Shown: in pieces, positions 8,855 through 17,229 of the stretch
Numbering within the stretch: the first letter of the stretch is position 1
Layout: each line of letters begins with the position of its first letter
Assembly: GCA_963674735.2 (NCBI GenBank)
Contig: CAXXQS010000001.1
Span: 1,376,001 to 1,440,000, forward strand
Length of the DNA stretch: 64,000 nt
DNA from: Myxococcota bacterium
GTDB lineage: Bacteria > Myxococcota_A > SURF-8
Reading direction: 5' to 3'
Notes under the pieces: generated by a model
What the model was told of the DNA's origin: nothing
Databases searched by the model: none
Seen by the model: the letters and a program-made list of their open reading frames with translations, nothing else
Position numbers and translations under genes: made by a program

Positions 8855-9378
8855 TGTCGCCTACGGTTGCTACAGTTCCTGCACGCATTGTGCTCGTGGG
8901 TTCCGATAGAACCTTCTTGGACGCCCTTCGTGATAGGTTGGGATCCAAGGGATACGAAGCCGGTATCAGTCAAGGGGAAGTTGAAACTCTTCGATTGACT
9001 CGCGGCTCACCGGTAGGGGTTGTTGTCGTCAGTTTGAGAGATTTGCTCGGCGATGGTCTGCGTATGTTAAGGCGTGTGAAGAAAAGTGCCCCGGATTGGG
9101 AAGTCATAACCCTTAGCACTCCTGACAATACGCGCCTTTCCATTGATAGCATGAAAGCGGGGGCTTTTCAGGATCTTGCCTTGCCTCTGGATCTGGATCA
9201 TTTTCTCGACAAACTGAAATGTGCGTTGGATCGCTCAATCGAGCAGGCCGGCAAATCAAACTTGCGCAAACGACTCGAACGCTTGGCTACAGCGGTGGCT
9301 TTCGCTGAAGCCGGAGACCTCAACATGAGCCGGGAGATTTATACGGAATCGGATGACGACGAACCGATAAGTCGTTGA
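8854..9378 (+). CDS. Atypical (pseudo) receiver protein with AVAFAEAG tail
   Basis: Receiver pattern, but LVGSD replaces LVDDE, Ser sits at the phospho-Asp position (VVVSL) and the Lys is missing (ALP). TAATG coupling to the upstream gene. Confidence 0.8.
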   Translation: MSPTVATVPARIVLVGSDRTFLDALRDRLGSKGYEAGISQGEVETLRLTRGSPVGVVVVSLRDLLGDGLRMLRRVKKSAPDWEVITLSTPDNTRLSIDSMKAGAFQDLALPLDLDHFLDKLKCALDRSIEQAGKSNLRKRLERLATAVAFAEAGDLNMSREIYTESDDDEPISR

Positions 9379-9432
9379 CGTGATAATATTGGAGAACTGG
9401 GACGCGCAACCTGGGCAACAGGGAGTGAAGCG

Positions 9433-9885
9433 ATGAAGAAAATGAAAGTACTGCTGGTCGATGACGAGAAAGAATTTGTAGAAGCATTAGCTGAGCGTCT
9501 ACAAATGCGGGATCTGAGTTCCGACACCGTTTACGATGGCGAACAGGCGATATCTTTTGTCGAGGACAAGGAACCCGACGTGATGGTCCTCGATTTGAAG
9601 ATGCCCGGCATCGACGGTATCGAGGTGCTTAAACGTGTTAAGAAAACCTATCCCAAAATTCAAATCATCATTCTGACCGGTCATGGGACAGAAAAAGACG
9701 AAGAGCAGGCCCGGCAACTGGGTGCCTTCGACTACATGGAAAAACCGGTCAATATCGATGATCTTGTCACACGGATGAAGAAGGCTTTCCGAAATAAGAT
9801 GGAAAACGCGATGGCTGCGGCGGCATTTGCCGAGGCTGGCTTATTTGGCGAAGCTGAAAATATATCGGATTCGAAGAAGAAGTAG
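9433..9885 (+). CDS. Response regulator receiver with AAAFAEAG tail
   Basis: LLVDDE, VLDLKMP, LTGHG, EKP. Tail MENAMAAAAFAEAG. Confidence 0.93.
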   Translation: MKKMKVLLVDDEKEFVEALAERLQMRDLSSDTVYDGEQAISFVEDKEPDVMVLDLKMPGIDGIEVLKRVKKTYPKIQIIILTGHGTEKDEEQARQLGAFDYMEKPVNIDDLVTRMKKAFRNKMENAMAAAAFAEAGLFGEAENISDSKKK

Positions 9886-9959
9886 TGAGTCAATCAGGGA
9901 TCGCAATCAACTAGTGTAAACAACCTGAATATTTGATCCGACCAACGCGGGAGGTCGTT

Positions 9960-10934
9960 TTGAACGAAAAAAGTTCAAAAATTCTGGTAGTGTGTGGGTT
10001 TTTGCTGGCCATGCTCTTTGTGATCGTGACTCAACCGGCATTTGCAGAAGTAGCGCAACAGATGGAGGCCGGTGCCGCAGCGGCGGGAGACACCATGCCT
10101 TGGTGGTTTTGGCCGATCATTCTGTTCTTTTTCTGCTTGGTATTAGGCGTCTTTGCCGTTTTGGCAGGAGTCGGGGGAGGGGTGCTATATGTTCCGCTTG
10201 TAAGCGGCCTTTTCCCTTTCCATCTTGATTTCGTTCGTGGCGCCGGGTTGCTGGTGGCCTTGGCGGGTGCGTTGGCAGCGGGACCGGGACTGCTCAAACG
10301 AAACCTGGCCAGTTTGCGGTTGGCGCTGCCGTTTGCCATTATCGCGTCAACCTGTTCTATCGCGGGCGCTTTCATCGGTCTTGCGTTGCCGACAGACATT
10401 GTGCAGATATTATTGGGGGCCACGATTATCGGGATTGCGATTTTGCTCCTGACGTCCAAAAACGTCGAGCGTCCTATCGTCAAGAAACAAGACGCCATCG
10501 GGCGCGCTTTCGGCATGCAGGGACTTTGCTACGAGATGTCTACCAACGAAGTCATTTCGTGGAAAACGCATCGAACCGGATACGCGCTGATTTTGTTTGT
10601 CTTTATCGGCTTGATCGCCGGTATGTTTGGGCTGGGAGCGGGCTGGGCCAACCTGCCGGTTCTGAATCTCATGATGGGTGTTCCGCTGAAAATTGCGGTG
10701 GGAACCAGTAAATTTCTGTTATCGATCACTGATACCTCGGCCGCATGGATCTACTTGAATCGCGGTTGCGTCATCCCGCTGATGGCGATCCCCTCGATTG
10801 TCGGGTTAATGCTGGGCTCGTTCATTGGCGTCGGGATCCTGGCGCGCGTCAGGGCGAAATCGATTCGCTACGTTGTTATCGGCGTTCTGCTCTTTGCTGG
10901 AATTCGCGCCTTGCTCAAAGGTTTCGGCATTTAG
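9960..10934 (+). CDS. TauE/SafE (TSUP) family membrane transporter
   Basis: Multiple TM segments with duplicated GVGGG..YVP and GLGAGW..LP motifs. TTG start at 9960 after GGAGG. Confidence 0.88.
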   Translation: MNEKSSKILVVCGFLLAMLFVIVTQPAFAEVAQQMEAGAAAAGDTMPWWFWPIILFFFCLVLGVFAVLAGVGGGVLYVPLVSGLFPFHLDFVRGAGLLVALAGALAAGPGLLKRNLASLRLALPFAIIASTCSIAGAFIGLALPTDIVQILLGATIIGIAILLLTSKNVERPIVKKQDAIGRAFGMQGLCYEMSTNEVISWKTHRTGYALILFVFIGLIAGMFGLGAGWANLPVLNLMMGVPLKIAVGTSKFLLSITDTSAAWIYLNRGCVIPLMAIPSIVGLMLGSFIGVGILARVRAKSIRYVVIGVLLFAGIRALLKGFGI

Positions 10935-10979
10935 GGAAACGACTTGTGTTAACATACTGATTTGGGAATGGAGACATTC

Positions 10980-11423
10980 ATGGAACAGGAATTAAAATCG
11001 CTCACGCAAGAAGACTGCAAGGCCGATCCTGAACAAATTCGATACGCCGATACTCTGTTCTACGGAGCTTGGCTCGCCATCGCAATCTTGGTGCTATCCT
11101 ATTTTCTCTACGTTTCCGGTTTGATCGAACCTAAGATCCCATTGGAAGATATTCCGACTTACTGGTCGATGAGTGTCGATGACTACTTGGCTCAATCAGG
11201 CGCGCCCACCGGCTGGTCCTGGGTTTCGATGCTCGGGAAAGGAGACTATCTCAATTTTGCGGGAGTGGTCTTGTTGGCCGGTATGACGATCCTTTGTTTT
11301 GCCGGGATACTGGCACCTGCTTACTACAAAAAGCGTGATAAATTGTTTCTTGGTATCGTCGTTTTGGAATGTGTGATTCTTTGCTTTGCCGCATCGAATA
11401 TTTTAGGAAGTGGAGGCCATTAA
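10980..11423 (+). CDS. DUF1634-like membrane protein
   Basis: EQIRYA, PTGWSW..GDYLN motifs, three TM segments, typical partner of TauE. Confidence 0.7.
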   Translation: MEQELKSLTQEDCKADPEQIRYADTLFYGAWLAIAILVLSYFLYVSGLIEPKIPLEDIPTYWSMSVDDYLAQSGAPTGWSWVSMLGKGDYLNFAGVVLLAGMTILCFAGILAPAYYKKRDKLFLGIVVLECVILCFAASNILGSGGH

Positions 11424-13269
11424 CCCCGGTATGGCGGATGGACACAAGCAAATGGCAAATGATCACGAACAACATAATTCCATGCCTGAAGAGGTAAACA
11501 CAGAAGCACATCTTGAAACGTCTCCCAAACAGATGAATTTCCCGGCTCGATTGGTTAACAAGCTTGTTTTTTCCGATGAGCCGGGGGAACTTCTGACGCG
11601 ACATCAACCCTCACGTTATCGCCGAATGTGGCGCAATACCGTTTTTGCCGTTGCGGCCGTTTCCATCGTGCCGCTGGTGGTGGTTTCGGCTGTAAACTAT
11701 TACCTGTACAGCAAATCGTTCAATGAAGAAATCACACAACCGATCCATCGCATCACCGCGATCAGCAAACGTGCCATCGAATCGTTTTTAGATGAACGGG
11801 TATCAGCGGCCAAATATGTCATATCGCGCGAATCGATCAACGACCTTTACGACTCGAAAATGCTGTCGAACGTGTTCCGCCGCATGCGCAATTCCTTCGG
11901 TGGCATCGTTGACATCGGCATCGTTGATTCCAAAGGAGTGATGCGTACCTACATCGGTCCGTACGACCTGCAAGGCAAAGACTACAAATCCCAGGACTGG
12001 TTTCACAAAATGCTGGTGTCGGACGTATACGTCAGCGATGTATTTATGGGACATCGCCAATTGCCGCATTTCATTATCGCCGTCAAGCGGGAAACGGAAC
12101 AAGGCGACATTGCCATTTTCAGAGCCACCATCGACACCGAAGTTTTAAATCGGCAGATACAGATTTCCGGCCTACATCGCGACAGCGATGCATTCATTAT
12201 CAACACAGGAGGCGAACTTCAGACTCCCTCGCGTTTGTTCGGATCTCTGCTCGCCACCTTCCCCCATGAGGTTCCCCCGTATGTGGAAGGAATCGAAATC
12301 GATAAGGATGTGCGAATCGATAACGCAAGTTACATCATGGGGTATGCTTTTATAAAGAATTCCCCCTTTGTGTTTCTGACTTTGTCGAACAAAGAGCAGT
12401 TGATGACCGGCTGGCTGGCTTATCAAGGTGAAATCTTTTTTCTGATTGTTTTTAGCATGTTGGCTATTTTCGTTTTGATCATGGGAATCACTTCCAACTG
12501 GGTGACCCGCATTAAAATCTCCGATATCCGGCGCGAAGCGACTTTACACAGCAACGAGCACACGAACAAAATGGCATCTATCGGGAGATTGGCAGCCGGC
12601 GTCGCCCATGAAATCAACAATCCGCTTGCCATTATCAATGAGAAAGCCGGGTTGCTGCAAGACATCATTGGCACGTTGGACGATTTTCCTAAAAAAGAGA
12701 AATTTCAGAAGCTTGTTCATTCCATCTTGAATTCAGTCGAGCGTTGTAGCGTTATCACACATCGATTGTTGGGTTTCGCTCGACACATGGATGTACGCAT
12801 CGAGCCCATCGCAGTCGATGCCATGATCCGAGAAGTATTAGCCTTCTTGGAAAAAGAAGCGCAATATCGAAAAATTGAAATTCACGTGGATGTATCGGAT
12901 ACCTTGCCGACGATTCACAGCGACAAAGGACAATTGCAACAACTGTTTTTGAATATCATCAACAATTCTCTCGATGCCATGAAGGCCGGTGGACATCTCC
13001 ACATCAAGATCGTCGAGGTCTTGACCGGCTATATCGAAGTCAGCGTCACCGATGACGGACAAGGCATTGAGAAAGCGAATCTCAACCGTATTTTCGAACC
13101 CTTCTATACGACAAAAAAATCAAAAGGAACCGGTTTGGGGTTGTCGATCTGCTATGGGATCGTTAAAAAGCTGCGTGGAGAGATGAAGGTGGAGAGCGAG
13201 ATCGGAGTCGGTACGACCTTCACGATCAGCCTTCCGATTCATCGTTCTTTGACACAGCCGGAGGAGTAA
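11410..13269 (+). CDS. Membrane sensor histidine kinase with Cache-like periplasmic domain
   Basis: Two TM segments, LAAGVAHEINNPL, NIINNSLDA, DDGQGI, FEPFYTTK, GTGLGL. True start may be downstream (11452 or later). Confidence 0.93.
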   Translation: MEAINPGMADGHKQMANDHEQHNSMPEEVNTEAHLETSPKQMNFPARLVNKLVFSDEPGELLTRHQPSRYRRMWRNTVFAVAAVSIVPLVVVSAVNYYLYSKSFNEEITQPIHRITAISKRAIESFLDERVSAAKYVISRESINDLYDSKMLSNVFRRMRNSFGGIVDIGIVDSKGVMRTYIGPYDLQGKDYKSQDWFHKMLVSDVYVSDVFMGHRQLPHFIIAVKRETEQGDIAIFRATIDTEVLNRQIQISGLHRDSDAFIINTGGELQTPSRLFGSLLATFPHEVPPYVEGIEIDKDVRIDNASYIMGYAFIKNSPFVFLTLSNKEQLMTGWLAYQGEIFFLIVFSMLAIFVLIMGITSNWVTRIKISDIRREATLHSNEHTNKMASIGRLAAGVAHEINNPLAIINEKAGLLQDIIGTLDDFPKKEKFQKLVHSILNSVERCSVITHRLLGFARHMDVRIEPIAVDAMIREVLAFLEKEAQYRKIEIHVDVSDTLPTIHSDKGQLQQLFLNIINNSLDAMKAGGHLHIKIVEVLTGYIEVSVTDDGQGIEKANLNRIFEPFYTTKKSKGTGLGLSICYGIVKKLRGEMKVESEIGVGTTFTISLPIHRSLTQPEE

Positions 13270-13644
13270 ATGGAGCACTTTCGTGTTTTGATCGTCGATG
13301 ACGAAGAAGAGTTGATCGAGACTTTGGTTGAGCGTCTCGACATCCGAGATATTGCCGCAGTCGGGGTGCATTCCGGCCGTAAAGCGATCGAAACATTGGA
13401 AAGTGAGACGTTCGATGTTGTGATTCTCGACGTCAAGTTGCCCGGCGAGAACGGTGTCGAGATCATGAAAAACATTAAAAAAATCAAGCCCAATCTTCCC
13501 GTCATCCTGCTTACCGGACATATGTCCAAAGAGGTCAGCGATGAAGGCCTGAAAGCCGGAGCTATCGATTACATTATCAAGCCCATCAACATCGATAAAC
13601 TTATCGAGAAAATGAAGGAGGCTATTTCACTTCACCACAACTAG
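13270..13644 (+). CDS. Single-domain response regulator
   Basis: LIVDDE, ILDVKLP, LTGH, IKP. Confidence 0.93.
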   Translation: MEHFRVLIVDDEEELIETLVERLDIRDIAAVGVHSGRKAIETLESETFDVVILDVKLPGENGVEIMKNIKKIKPNLPVILLTGHMSKEVSDEGLKAGAIDYIIKPINIDKLIEKMKEAISLHHN

Positions 13645-13672
13645 TCATCGGAGTTTTTAACGGAGGAAGACT

Positions 13673-14353
13673 GTGAACCAGGTGAAGAACCAACAGACGC
13701 GAAGTGAAACCGAAATGTTGTTTTTCGGGAGAATCATGGCAAGCATCTCTCATGAAATCAACAACGTGATGTCGATTGTGGGACAAGTCGGCGGTTTGAT
13801 GGAAGACCTCGTTGCGATGGAAGAGCGTGGGGGCGAAGTCGGACTGGAAAAATGGCGCAAGCAGACCGAAAGAATTGTGGCTCAAGCCGCACGCGGACGG
13901 GATATCATCAAGAACATGAATCGCTTTGCACATAGCATCGATCATCCGCGAAAAACGTTTGATGTCGTTGATGAAACCGTAAACATGTTAAAGGTGCTTG
14001 AACGCCTCATAACCAACCGAGGGACGTCGGTTTCATTCCACCTGGCTTGCGAGAATTCAGCATGGACCGGTGCGCCTTTTCTCTATCGCTTGTTGATTTT
14101 CTCGTTGATTGATTCTTTTCTGAGTTCTGATGGCGCACCTGGGCCATTGGTGGTTTCATGTCGAGAAGTTGACGCAAGCATCGAAATCAAGATAGAAGGC
14201 GGAGAACTGGAGCAGGGTTGGGAAGATTCGGAGGCATGGACGTCAGCCGTTGAAGCGTCGCAGCGTCTCGGAGCGTCTTTGGTAAAAGAAACAAACTTAT
14301 CAGGCCGAAATACGTTCAAGATTATATTGAATGAAGGGTCTGATCCTCAATAG
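13673..14353 (+). CDS. HisKA protein with degenerate ATPase domain (possible phosphotransferase)
   Basis: H-box ASISHEINNV intact. N, G1, F and G2 boxes not recognisable. No sensor domain. Confidence 0.75.
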   Translation: MNQVKNQQTRSETEMLFFGRIMASISHEINNVMSIVGQVGGLMEDLVAMEERGGEVGLEKWRKQTERIVAQAARGRDIIKNMNRFAHSIDHPRKTFDVVDETVNMLKVLERLITNRGTSVSFHLACENSAWTGAPFLYRLLIFSLIDSFLSSDGAPGPLVVSCREVDASIEIKIEGGELEQGWEDSEAWTSAVEASQRLGASLVKETNLSGRNTFKIILNEGSDPQ

Positions 14354-14367
14354 GCATGGAGGCAGCC

Positions 14368-14802
14368 ATGGCAAACGAGCGCATTTTGCTGGTTGATGAC
14401 GAGCAGGGTTTTACGAGTGTCGTACAAGAGCGTCTCGAAAACAGAGGTCTGGATGTCAGCGTTGCGACAAACGGAAGCGAAGCATTGAAGATGGTCAACG
14501 AAAGCCTGGCCTACGACGCGATTGTTCTTGATTTGCAAATGCCTGGAATAGACGGAATCGAGACTCTTCGTCGGCTATTGGAAAACGACCCGGATCTACA
14601 GGTGATTTTGCTAACGGGACATGGATCGGTAGCCAAGAGTGTCGAAGCCATGAAAAAGGGAGCCGTTGATTTCCTTGAAAAACCAATTGAAATTCAAAAC
14701 CTGATTGATAAAGTCGGGGAAGCAGCCGTACGCCGAGCGACTTTAATTGAAGAGAGAAATGTCGAGAACGTAATGGACGTATTGAAAAAATACGGGTGCT
14801 GA
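14368..14802 (+). CDS. Response regulator receiver with short tail
   Basis: GGAGG RBS. LLVDDE, VLDLQMP, LTGHG, EKP. Confidence 0.93.
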   Translation: MANERILLVDDEQGFTSVVQERLENRGLDVSVATNGSEALKMVNESLAYDAIVLDLQMPGIDGIETLRRLLENDPDLQVILLTGHGSVAKSVEAMKKGAVDFLEKPIEIQNLIDKVGEAAVRRATLIEERNVENVMDVLKKYGC

Positions 14803-14845
14803 GTCTTTCACTTGTTACGATGAGCCCGATCTAAGTCTCGTCGGA

Positions 14846-15655
14846 CTAAGTTTCCAACTCGGATGGCCTTTCAATGAAAGCCGACACACCTACCTGAGAG
14901 TTATTCAGAAAATCGCCGATCAGTCGGGCGTCAGGCTCGAAGTCTTCACTGACCTCCGAAAGCTTGATTAGCCACTCAGGAGCTAGATTCAAGCTCTGCT
15001 CGGATGCCAAGCGGGCATATAGCTCGGATAGACGATTCAAACGTGCTTCGGAAAAACCCCGTCGCATGAGTCCGATACGGTTTAAACCCGCCAGTCGAGC
15101 GCGGTCTCCTTTTGCGATAAGGCAAGGTGGAACATCGCGGCGAACCATAGCGCCTGCCGCAATGAAGGCGTGTGAGCCGATATGAACGAACTGGTGAACA
15201 CCCGCCAATCCGCCGAACCAAGCGTAATCACCGACGTCCACATGGCCGGCCAACGCGACACTGTTTGCCATCACGACACCGCGGCCCAGATGACAATCAT
15301 GTGCGACGTGGGCGTTTGCCATGAAATAGCAATTTTCTCCGATTTCAGTTAAGCCGCCGCCAGCTTCAGAACCCCGGTTGGCTGTGACGAACTCGCGAAA
15401 AACACAGCCGGAACCGATTTTCAGCTCACTCGGTTCGCCTCTGTATTTCGTGTCTTGCGGATCGGTCCCTAAAACGGCATGGGGAAAAACACGACAATTG
15501 GAGCCGAGAGTCAAACGACCTTCCAATACGACATGCGAACCGATACGGCACCCGGCTGCGACATGCACATCCGCACCGATGACGGTGAAAGGCCCAACCT
15601 CAACGTTTGCGGCCAACTCGGCTTGCGGATGAACAATCGCCGAGGGGTGGATCAT
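14846..15655 (-). CDS. lpxA: UDP-N-acetylglucosamine acyltransferase
   Basis: MIHPSAIVH, hexapeptide repeats, PQD.KY.GE, HVAHDC, LAGHV, HQF. Confidence 0.96.
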   Translation of the reverse strand: MIHPSAIVHPQAELAANVEVGPFTVIGADVHVAAGCRIGSHVVLEGRLTLGSNCRVFPHAVLGTDPQDTKYRGEPSELKIGSGCVFREFVTANRGSEAGGGLTEIGENCYFMANAHVAHDCHLGRGVVMANSVALAGHVDVGDYAWFGGLAGVHQFVHIGSHAFIAAGAMVRRDVPPCLIAKGDRARLAGLNRIGLMRRGFSEARLNRLSELYARLASEQSLNLAPEWLIKLSEVSEDFEPDARLIGDFLNNSQVGVSAFIERPSELET

Positions 15656-16635
15656 CTCTCGCTCTCCTCATCTTCCTTGACGATACGCATGATTGCTTTT
15701 TGAATACGAGACCAGACGCGATGCGGCATCGCCGGATACCCGGTGTAGACCTCATCGGGGGGAACATCTCGTGTCACGCCCGATTTCCCGCCGATGGTAG
15801 CTCCATCTCCAATCGAAAGATGCCCGCTGACTCCGGACTGGCCAGCCAGGGTCACGTTGTTACCGATTTTTGCCGAACCGGCAATCCCAACTTGCGCGAC
15901 CAAAAGGCAGTCATGCCCAATGCGAACGTTGTGCCCAACCTGGACCAAGTTGTCAAATTTGGTGCCGTGACCGATGCGGGTTTCGGCAAAGGTGGCGCGA
16001 TCGATGCAGCAATTGGCTCCGATTTCGACATCGTCTTCGATAACGACCCGTCCGACCTGGGGAATTTTCACGTGGTGCCCGTCTGATTCGCGAGCGAAAC
16101 CGTAGCCGTCCGTCCCGATTCGACAACCATCCTGTAGAATGACTCGGTTGCCGATTTGTGTCTTTTCGCGAATACTGACGTTGGAGTAGATTAGACAGTC
16201 GTCACCGATCGTAACATTATCCGCGATAAAAACGTGAGGAAAGATCACGCAACGGCGTCCGATCTTAACGTGTTGTCCAATGTAAGCGAAAGGAAATACA
16301 CGGCTGCCTTCGCCGATGTCGGCATCGACGATCTCCGCTTTATCGGAAATGCGTGCCGGATACCTGGCTGGCGGGTGCAGCTCCAGCATGGCGCGTGCAA
16401 AACCGAGATAAGGATCTTCACAAACCACCTGAGCTGCGGGGCATCCTTCAATTTCGCTGACGACGAGGATTGCAGCTGCTTTTGTGGTCAGCGCCTTTTC
16501 CCTATAGGTATGCATCGCGACATAGGACAACTGGCCAGCACCTGCCTCTTCAAGTGAAGCAGCCGCTTGAATATCCACATCTCCGTCGCCAATGAGGCGA
16601 CCGCCGATACGTTCGGCCAATACACTTAGTTTCAT
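15652..16635 (-). CDS. lpxD: UDP-3-O-acylglucosamine N-acyltransferase
   Basis: DPYLGFA, DGYGFA, KIPQVGRV, IDRAT, DNLVQVGHN. Confidence 0.96.
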   Translation of the reverse strand: MKLSVLAERIGGRLIGDGDVDIQAAASLEEAGAGQLSYVAMHTYREKALTTKAAAILVVSEIEGCPAAQVVCEDPYLGFARAMLELHPPARYPARISDKAEIVDADIGEGSRVFPFAYIGQHVKIGRRCVIFPHVFIADNVTIGDDCLIYSNVSIREKTQIGNRVILQDGCRIGTDGYGFARESDGHHVKIPQVGRVVIEDDVEIGANCCIDRATFAETRIGHGTKFDNLVQVGHNVRIGHDCLLVAQVGIAGSAKIGNNVTLAGQSGVSGHLSIGDGATIGGKSGVTRDVPPDEVYTGYPAMPHRVWSRIQKAIMRIVKEDEESER

Positions 16636-16665
16636 TGGCCGTTCCTCCACAGGTAAGACGTTCGA

Positions 16666-17217
16666 TTATTTCTTGGGGCTTGCGCCTTTAGCTCCATACT
16701 TTTGGTCGTAAAGTCGGATCAGTTCGCTGGTCAGATCGTTTTTCATCGGAGCATAGACAATACCGGAACTGTTTTTATCGAGGATGAGGTCATAGCTCTC
16801 GCGCTCGGCAATGCCTTGCAGAATCATCTGCATTTTCTCAAGAATAGGCGCGACGGCTTCCGACTCTTTGCTTTTCAATTCGTTTTGAAGCTGATAATAG
16901 ATTTTCTGTACTTCCATGAAATTCTTCTGCAGTTCGGCTTCTTTTTGAGCTTTTACCTGCGGATCGATCATCATTTCCTGTTTGTCCAGATCTTCTTTCA
17001 TTGCTTTAAGACGATTGGACTCCTTATCGAGACTAGCTTGCTTCTGATCGAAGTAAACCTTCAGGTCGGCTTTGGCTTGTTTGCCTTCTTCCACTTCAAG
17101 AAGAGCACGCTGCAAATCAACGTAACCAATTTTAGCGTCTTTGGCATAAGACGTGCCGGGACACACAACAGCCATCAGCAACAGCGCCATAAAGAGTCCT
17201 GTGAAAAACCGAGACAT
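16666..17217 (-). CDS. skp: OmpH/Skp periplasmic chaperone
   Basis: Signal peptide, KIGYVDLQ, coiled coil, position between bamA and lpxD. Confidence 0.92.
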   Translation of the reverse strand: MSRFFTGLFMALLLMAVVCPGTSYAKDAKIGYVDLQRALLEVEEGKQAKADLKVYFDQKQASLDKESNRLKAMKEDLDKQEMMIDPQVKAQKEAELQKNFMEVQKIYYQLQNELKSKESEAVAPILEKMQMILQGIAERESYDLILDKNSSGIVYAPMKNDLTSELIRLYDQKYGAKGASPKK

Positions 17218-17229
17218 GAGATATCCTCC

